Positions 9,701-17,832 of a DNA stretch of 64,000 bases are shown one piece after another (position 1 is the first letter of the stretch; each line of letters opens with the position of its first letter). The notes under the pieces are model-generated. The model saw only the letters and a list, made by a program, of their open reading frames with translations. It made no database searches and was not told the DNA's origin. The stretch comes from Thermoanaerobaculia bacterium (lineage in GTDB: Bacteria > Acidobacteriota > Thermoanaerobaculia > UBA5066 > Gp7-AA6): positions 955-64,954 of the forward strand of contig JBHENW010000024.1 in assembly GCA_046261875.1 (NCBI GenBank), in the 5' to 3' direction. Position numbers and translations under genes: made by a program.

Positions 9701-12700
9701 CCGAGGCGCCCCGCGTGTTGCGCTGGAGCAGCTCCGGCGAGGCGCGCAGCGTCGGATCGAAGTAGAGGACCCGGGTGGCGAGCCGCTGGAAGAGATGCGC
9801 CTCGTCCCCGCTGATCCCGAGATGCCGGAGCTGGACCTGCGCCTGGGTCCAGGCGAGCGTCGCGGTGCGCTCGAAGGCGGCGGTATCCCGGTACTTGTCC
9901 GCGGCCCCGACGAGCGCCTCGCGGTCCTTGCCGGCGAGGGTCGTGAAGGTGATGCGCGCGGTAGCGCCCGGAGCCAGCCGCACGCGCCGGTGGATGCTGA
10001 AGATCGGGTCGAGCACCGGGCCGGCCGTGTTGGACAGGGGATGGCCGTCGTGGACGGCCGCCGGGTTGCGGATCGTCCGGCCCCTGCCGAGGAAGCGCGC
10101 CCGATCCGTCTCGTACTGCGGCGCCCCGACGCTCTCCCCTTCGACGCTCACGACGTGCGCAGCCCAGATGCGCTCCTCCTCCTGGGAGCGCGGGCGTCGC
10201 GTCGCGAGGAGGCCGTCGAGCCGCGGGACGTACTCGGTCTGCACGAAGAGGTTCGAGAACGCCGGGTGGGAGAGGTCGGCAGCAGCGGGCGCCAGCACGA
10301 TCTCCGCATAAGAGGTCACCTCGATCTCCCGCGGGCGCACGCCGAGGTTGGTCAGGGAGACCTGCCGCAGCTCGGCGTCGTCCTCGGGGGAGACGAGGAC
10401 CTCGAGCATCGTGGCGATCGTGCCGTCGCGCCGGCGGATCTCCGCGCGGTCTTCGGAATAGGCCACCTCGTAACTGTCGGCTTCCCGGCCGGCGGGCTGA
10501 TACCCGGCCGACCAGACCTCCCCGCTCGCCGCGTCGCGCAGGAAGACGTAGCTGCCCCACGCGTCGCGCGTGACGTCCTCCCGCCAGCGGGTGACGTCCA
10601 GGCCCCCCCAGCGGCTGAACCCCGAGCCCGCGGCGGTGATCATGACGGCGTATCTCCCGTTGGAGAGCAGGTGGGCGCGCGGGGTCGGATCGTGCGGCGA
10701 CCGGAAGCTGCGCAGGACGGGCGGGATGAAATCGCGCACGTGCAGGTGCGTCTGCACTTCCTCTGCCCGGGGCCGGGCCACGGCGACGCCCCGCGGAGTC
10801 CGCTCCTGCAGGAGGAGCTCGGCGGACCGCACGACCGCATGGGCGTGGAAACGTTCGCGCATGATTCCCGACCGCAGGACGTTGGCGAGCGCCACGATCG
10901 TCATTCCCTGGTGGTGGGCCATGTGGGCGCGCACGACCGTGACCCGTTGCCCTTCCTGAACGCGGGCCGCCGTGAAGTCGAGGGCTTCGTAGAAGCCGTA
11001 CGGACCCGCCGCCCCGGCTCTCGCCAGGCGGCGGAAGTTTTCGACGGACTCCGCCGGCGCGATCATCGCCGCGAGCGCCGTGGCATAAGGCGCCACGACG
11101 AGGTCTTCGGAGAGGCCGCGCTTCAGCCCGAGCCCGGAAACACCGAAGTTCGAATACTGGTAGGTCAGCTCGATGTCCCGGGCGCCGTAGGCGGACTCGG
11201 AAACTCCCCAGGGGACGCCCCGCTCGGCGCCGTACCGGATCTGGCGGTGGACGATCAGCCGCGCGCTCTGTTCGAGCAGGCTCCCCGACGGCGACCGCAG
11301 AACGAGCTCGGGCATGAGGTACTCGAACATCGACCCGGACCAGGAGACCAGCGCCGAGCCGCGTCCCACGGGAGTCAGGGCGCGTCCCAGACGGAACCAG
11401 TGGGTCACCGGGACTTCGCCGAAAGCGACGGCGAGGAAGCTCGTGAGGCGGGCTTCCGAGGCGAGCATGTCGTAGTACCCGGAGTCCAGCCGCCCATCGG
11501 AAGGCCGATAACCGATCGAAAAGAGCTTTCGCGTCGGATCGTAGAGGAATCCGAACTCCATGACGTCGGCCATCTCCCGTACCGTGCGCGCGATGGTCTG
11601 GAGCCGCCGGGCCAGCCCGGCGCCCGCCTCGGCTCTGCGGCGCAGACCGGCGAGGATCTGCCGCACGGTCTCCGGGGTCCCCGCCGGAGAGCCCTCGACG
11701 GGGATCCTTTCCAGCGCGTCCGCCGCCTCGGCGAAGGTCTCCGGCGCTTCGGCAATCGGTGGAAGAGAAGCCTCCAGAGGCTCGAGCCGCGCTCGGATCT
11801 CCTCGGGGAAGGCCGGGGGGGAGAAAGCGCCCGTCTCCACCCACGCGGCGGACAGGAACAGGTCGCGTCGATGGCTTTCGATCCCGTCCCGGACCGCGCC
11901 CGACCAGAAAACGACTTCGGTCCATGCGGGGCCCTCCTCTTCGGCGAGGGCCTGGGAGGCGTCCACGAGAACCGCGGCGCGCGCGGCGAGATCGCCCAGG
12001 CGCCCGCGCCACTCCGCCGGGCTCCGCGGGAGGACATGCGCCATCTCCTCGATCTCCTCGAGAACGCGCTCGAGCTCGCGGGTCGTGCCGGCGCGGCCTC
12101 GCCGCTCACCGCGCGCTTCTTCGAATGCTTCGCGGGCGAGATGCAACGCATCGCCGATGCCCGCCAGTGCCTGCTCGCCCAGAGCGGGCTCCCGAAGCTG
12201 CTCGATGCACGCTTCCTGCAGCGCCAGCAGGTGCCCGGCGAGGTTCCCGCTGTCCACAGTGGACACGTACCGTGGCTCCAGCGCCGCCAGCCGTTCCGTG
12301 TCGTACCAGTTGTAGAAGTGGCCGCGGTAGCGCTCGAGCCGGCCCATGCTGGCGAGCGTCGCTTCGAGCCGCTCGACGAGCTCGAGCGTCCCGATCCACC
12401 CCAGGTCGTGGGCAGCCGCGGCCGACAGCAGATAGAGGCCCATGTTCGTCGGGGAGGTGCGGTGGGCCACGACCGGTTTGGGATCCTGCTGGTAGTTGTC
12501 GGGCGGCAGCTGGTTGTCCAACGGCGTGACGAAGGTCTCGAAGTAGCGCCAGGTCTGCCGCGCGATCCGCCGCAGGTACAGCTCCCCGGCGGGGGTCAGG
12601 CCGGGGGCATCGGCGTCTCGGGGCGGCAGGCTGATGGCCCGAGCCACCGCCGGAGAGGCCGCCCACAGGAGGAGGAAAGGCGCCGCCAGGTCGAAGGCCA

Positions 12701-15578
12701 GGGGGCGCCAGATCGCGACGGCTGCCCCGAGGGCAAGGGCGATGAGGGGCGCGGGGACCATGCGGCGGTAGAAGCCGCTCAGCTTCAGGTCCAGCCCGCT
12801 CTGCGCCTGCGCCGCGGTCACCCATTCGAGCAGGCGCCGCCGCGCGATCAAGCGGGCGAATGTGCGCACGGCGGCGTCCGTCATGAGGTACGCCTGGTAC
12901 GCGAGCAGCGTCAGGTTGATCGCCGCCTGTGAGACCGCCAGCGTCACGTCCCTGCCGAGCCCCGCGACGAAGCTTCGCTTGGAAATCCCGAGCCGGCTTG
13001 GTAAGAGCGACGCGATCAGGTGGAGCGCGCTCGGTCCCGCAATCGTGGCGACGATGAAAGAGGCCCACAGCTCCGGCGAGCCGCCCGGCAGGAGCCAGCT
13101 CGCGGCGAACGTCAGCACCGCGGCCGGCGCCGACAGCGTCCGGCGCAGGTTGTCGGCCATCTTCCACCGCGCGATGGCCGTGATGCCGCGGCGCCGACGG
13201 CCCTTCGCGTCGCGCGCGATGCCCAGGATCCATGGGAGGAGCTGCCAGTCCCCGCGCGCCCACCGGTGCTGGCGGGCGGCGGCGACTTCGTAATGGCCCG
13301 GAAAGCTCTCGAAGAGCTCCAGGTCGGATACGAGACCGGCCCGGGCGAAGAGACCTTCGAAGAGGTCGTGGGAGAGGAGGGAGTTCTCCGGCACACGGCG
13401 CGCGAGGGCCGTCTCGAACGCGTCCACCTCGTAGAGTCCTTTTCCTGTGTAGATGCCTTCCCCGAACAGGTCCTGGTAGACGTCGGAGGTCGCGAACGCG
13501 TACGGGTCGATACCCTGCGGCCCAGAAAACACACGCTGGTGCACCGTGCCGGGCCCGTGGAACGGAAGGGTCGTCGTCACGCGCGGCTGCAGCACGGCGT
13601 GCCCCTCGACGATGCGGTCCGCCGCCGGGTCGAAGACGGGGCGGTTCAAGGGGTGCGCGATCGTCCCGACGAGCCGGCGCGCGACCCCGCGGTTCAACCG
13701 CGTGTCGGCGTCCAGCGTGATGACGAAACGGACCCCGGGGGGAGGCGGCCCCGGTGACAGGAACGTCGTGTCCCGGGCGCCGCGCAGCCACCGATTGAGC
13801 TCGTGGAGCTTGCCGCGCTTGCGTTCCCAGCCGATCCACGACTTCTCCGACGCGTTCCAGACGCGGTGGCGATGGAGGAGAAGGAATCGCGGCCCCCCAC
13901 CTTGCGGGGGGGCCGGGTGGCGCGCGTTCAGCTCGGCGATCGCGGCGCGGGCGACCGCCAGCAGGAGCTCGTCCTCCGGTAGCGATTCCGACGGCGCGTC
14001 GACCCAGTCGGTCAGCAGCGCGAAGCGGATCGCCCCGTCGTCGTTGGCGAGGGCGTGGACCTCGAGGCGTCCGATGAGCGCGCGGATGTCCTCCTCGTCG
14101 GTCAAGAGAGCGGGCACCGCGACCAGCGTCGCGAGCTCCGGTGGCACCCCGTGCGCGAGCTCCAGCTTGGGAAGGCGCCTCGGCCCGATCAGATCGGTGA
14201 CGTCCCGGTTCACGACGGCCGTTGCCAGGTCGGAGGCCGGGACGAGCGCGAAGAGAGCGATCAGGAGGAGCGGGAGCCCCGTCATGCCGGTCGCGGCCGC
14301 GAGAACGACCGGCAGGGCGATGAGCGCGGCCGTCAGCACGAACACGCTCGTGACGTATCCGGGCGTGGCGAAGGCGACGAAGGCGCGCCGGAGCCAGCGC
14401 GCGGGCGGAACGCGGTACCCGAGCTCCTTCTCGAACGCCTCGCGCCCACGGGAGATCAGGTAGAAGCCGGGATCCGAGCTTCGCGCGTCCCCGCCGGCCG
14501 CGGCTCCCTCCGCCGCGGCCTCCCGGCCCTTCTCGGCGGCCCGCCGCGCGACCTCGAGCTCCGCGAGCCGGGAGCCCCGCGCCAGCTCCTCGACGGCGTG
14601 GCGATACCGGTCGCGCGTGGCGAAGTCCATTGCCGCCACGAGGGTTCCCTCGCGCAGCGCCGCTTCCACGAGGCTGACCTCCTCGAAGAAGGTCTCCCAG
14701 TCCGTCGAGGAGAGAAGGCGCATGCTCGTGATGACGTTGCGCACCGTCACGTGCGACGCGACCTGCTCCTGGTGCTCCTGCCGGACGAACTCCTCCGGCG
14801 TCGTGCCCTGCGCCGCGAGCCTCTCGTTCAGCCACGACGCGGCGGGGGTCGAGGCCGGGTCCCGGTCGCGGAGACGCTCGGCGAGTTGAACGGCGAAGGC
14901 GGTGGAGAGCGTCCCGGATTCGAGCTCGCGGAGCGCTTCGCGCGGCTTCTCGCCCGGGCCTCCGACCCCGAGGAGCACGTCGGCGAGCCGGTCGGCGCGC
15001 TCCCGGTCCGCTCGCCGCTGCACGATGTATTCGACGAGGCGGCGCAGGTTCTCGACGAGCACGAGTCGCAGCGAGATCGCGATCGCCCACAGCTCGCCGA
15101 TGGTCAGCGGCTGCACGCGCTGGTACGCCGTCACGAATCGGCGCAGCGCCTCCGCCTCGAATCGGCTGTCCGTGTGCTCGACGAACGCCCAGGCGATCCC
15201 GAGCACGCGGGGATACCCGGCGAGGGGCCCGTCCGCGAGCTTGGGCAGCTCGCGGTAATAGCTCGGCGGGAGATCTTCGCGGATCTCGCGCAGCTGCTCT
15301 TCCACGATGTGGAAGTTGTCCACGAGCCATTCCGCCGCCGGGGAGATCGCGCGCTCCTCCCGGATCGCCTGGCCGATCGCCCGGTAGGAAGCGAGCAGGA
15401 CGCGGTGGTTCTCGCGCAGCCGGGGGAGCAGCCGGCTCCCGCGGCGCTTGCCGGGCAGCACGCGATGGGTCGCGGCGAGCGATTCGGCGAACTCCTCGAG
15501 CCGCTCGAGAGAGAACAGCTCCCCGCGGATGGGCAGGTCGGCGGGATGGGCGGAGAGAAATACCGGAGGGGCGGCCAT
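6798..15578 (-). CDS. ndvB: cyclic beta-1,2-glucan synthase (NdvB/ChvB/Cgs; GT84 + GH94 domains), 2926 aa
   Basis: Size; conserved Cgs N-terminal region; multiple TM helices; GT84 region ([13 protein letters not shown]); C-terminal GH94 cellobiose-phosphorylase-like domain ([23 protein letters not shown]..., [13 protein letters not shown]..., [14 protein letters not shown]). Single uninterrupted 8.8-kb ORF, ATG start. Confidence 0.9.
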   Translation of the reverse strand: [2926 protein letters not shown]

Positions 15579-15703
15579 CAGGATCCCGACAAAGATATGA
15601 CGGGGACGAACCCCGCCCGCCCGCGCGTCATCGCAACGGGCCCGTTCCGCTCGCGGCGCGAGGGCCGCGGCCCGCTACCCGTTCGTCGCCGGTGCGACCC
15701 GGC

Positions 15704-17227
15704 TCACCGCCCCGCCGGCTCGACGCGGAAGACCCGCCCGGTCTTCGGGAACACCTTCATCGTCTTCTCGGTCGGGTTGAAGACGCCGAAGTCCAGGATG
15801 TACACGAGGCCGTCCGGGCCGATCTGGACGTCCACGGGCCTCTCGAGGCCGACCTCCAGGTCGAGACGCGAGGCCGGTTGGGGCGCGCCCGCGCCGCGGT
15901 TGCGCGCGAAGACGGTGCGGCGTCCCGTCTGCAGATCGACGGCTTCCACCTGGAAGCCCGTGCGGACGTCCGGGCGGACCGCGTCCGTCGTGGGCTTGAA
16001 GTCTCCCATCTCCGAGATCAGGAGCTGGCCCGACCAGCGGGAGAAAGGCCCCCCCGCCGGCACGACGGACATGCCGCCGAGCGCCGCGTGCGGCTCGGTG
16101 ACCGTGACGAGAAGCGATTTGTCGGGTGCCGCGAGCCCGCTCGCCGCGTGGTCGAAAACGAACTCCAGGCCCGAATGTCCCGGAGCGAGGAACTGCGCGG
16201 GCGCCCGGTGCTTGGGCGCCGTGACCGGCTCGAGGGCCCCGGAGTAATCCGGCCAGCCGTACCAGACGCCCGGCCGGACCCGATAGATCGCGTCGGGGTC
16301 ATCGAGGACCGGACGCGTGCCGCGGATGTCAGCGCCATGCATCCCAACGAGCAGCGTGCCGCGCGGGTCGAAGGCGAGCGCGACAGGGTTGCGGAATCCC
16401 CAGCCGACGAGCTCGGGCGTCGTCGCGCCGGCACGCAAACGGAAGATCGCGCCCGTGCACGGGACTTTCCCGGCGACCTGCGTCGCCGCCGATTCTCCGT
16501 AGGCCTGGTAGGCCCCCGTCGTCGCCTTGTCGTCGTCGGGATCTGTCAGCGCGTTGTCGTCGGTGAACGTCTTACCCGTCAGAACGACGTCGCGGCAGGG
16601 GATGTCCCGCGTCTTCGGACGCTTCTTCAGCCACTTCTGGTTGACCGGATCCTGCGAGGAGACGACGCCCGAGTTGGTCGCGCTCCCGACGCCGAAGTAG
16701 AGGCTCCCCTGGCCGTCGAATGCCAGGTAGTTCACCCAATGGTCGCCGTCGCCCGGCATCCCGCGGATGACGGGCTCGGCCGCTCCACCGGAGGGACGCA
16801 GCCGGCTGATCCCCCAGGTCCCGTCCTTCTCCTCGTGCGACAGATACAGCCAGCCGCCGCGGAACGCGAGCCCGACCGCCGTCTCGCCGGTCGGCGCTCC
16901 GGGGCCTTCCCAGCGGACCTCTTCGAGCTCGCCGTTCCCCGCGACCTTGAGAATCTTCGGCTTGAGCGTCGGGACGGCGACGCTGTGCGACTCGAGGATG
17001 TAGAGGCTGCCCTTGTCGTCCCAGGCCATCGAGCTCGGGAAGTTGAGGCCCTCGACGACCTGCACGGCGCGGTAGCCGTCCGGAACCTGGATGGCGTCGG
17101 CGGGCGCGACTTGCGCCTTGTAGCTCGCGGCCTGCTCCGCGCCGCGGGTGTCTAGCGTGCCGCCGCCGCAGCCGACCAGCGCGCCGCACGGCGCGAGGAG
17201 GAGTGCGGCCCGGAGCAGCGCTCTCAT
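15704..17227 (-). CDS. PQQ-dependent sugar/sorbosone dehydrogenase-like beta-propeller lipoprotein (SGDH family), paralog 1
   Basis: Lipobox signal MRALLRAALLLAPCGALVGC; beta-propeller motifs shared with paralog at 24998..26524 (WGFRNPVALAFDP.G.L, GVWYGWPD, YILDFGV). ATG 17227 overlaps the DUF2231 stop (ATGA). Confidence 0.65.
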   Translation of the reverse strand: MRALLRAALLLAPCGALVGCGGGTLDTRGAEQAASYKAQVAPADAIQVPDGYRAVQVVEGLNFPSSMAWDDKGSLYILESHSVAVPTLKPKILKVAGNGELEEVRWEGPGAPTGETAVGLAFRGGWLYLSHEEKDGTWGISRLRPSGGAAEPVIRGMPGDGDHWVNYLAFDGQGSLYFGVGSATNSGVVSSQDPVNQKWLKKRPKTRDIPCRDVVLTGKTFTDDNALTDPDDDKATTGAYQAYGESAATQVAGKVPCTGAIFRLRAGATTPELVGWGFRNPVALAFDPRGTLLVGMHGADIRGTRPVLDDPDAIYRVRPGVWYGWPDYSGALEPVTAPKHRAPAQFLAPGHSGLEFVFDHAASGLAAPDKSLLVTVTEPHAALGGMSVVPAGGPFSRWSGQLLISEMGDFKPTTDAVRPDVRTGFQVEAVDLQTGRRTVFARNRGAGAPQPASRLDLEVGLERPVDVQIGPDGLVYILDFGVFNPTEKTMKVFPKTGRVFRVEPAGR

Positions 17228-17722
17228 CGCGCGCCTCCCCTCGCTTCGCGCATGCCGATCTCGAGCGCTTCCGGGTCCTTGTTCTCCACGACGCCCACCT
17301 TGTGGTGATAGCTCAGGTTGCCGCCGAGCCAGCCCGAGACGCCGAGGAGCGCGAAGCCGAGGATCGACGTCCCGAGCGCGAGCGGCCACCTTCCCGTTTC
17401 GAGCGCCGCGTCCCCGCGCCGCATCCAGAAGGAGAGCGCGTAGAGCACGACGACGGCGACGTTGAGCCTCGCATGCCACGCGGCGAGACGCTTTCCCCGG
17501 GCGCTCATCGTCACGCCGAAATATTCGATCAGGCCGAAGACGGCCGCGAGCAGCGCGAAGGCGAGGCCCGCTCCGATGCAGACGTAGGAAAAGCGGTACC
17601 AGAAAGGATCCGACCCCCCGGCGTGGATCACGTCGCCGATGAGAGCGAGGAAGAATGCGCCGATGGGGATCGGCACGAGCATGGGGTGGATGGGGTGATC
17701 GCCGATGGCGGCCTTGCTCTTC
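17224..17722 (-). CDS. DUF2231-family integral membrane protein
   Basis: 4 TM helices, HPIHPMLVPIPIGAFF N-terminal motif typical of DUF2231; GGAGGGG RBS upstream of ATG 17722; translationally coupled to downstream SGDH. Confidence 0.6.
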
Positions 17723-17832
17723 ATGGTGGCCCCTCCGCTGGCGTCTCGCGGACGCGTTTTGGAGACAGGAGGATGCAAGACACGGACCGGTGATGGTGCC
17801 GCCCTTGCTTATGCTCCGAGCCTGAAGAAGAG

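Noticed and set aside
8889-12932. 1347-aa plus-strand ORF (and 9628..12012, 14055..16247, 8956..9537 etc.) lying antisense to or inside the cgs gene
   Set aside because: At ~70% GC, stop codons are rare in all frames. The translations are Arg/Pro/Gly-rich low-complexity strings with no motifs, whereas the minus-strand frame carries unmistakable GT84/GH94 homology across 2926 aa.
12106-15330. 1074-aa same-strand alternative-frame ORF within cgs
   Set aside because: Same GC artefact; Arg-rich nonsense translation with no domain signal.
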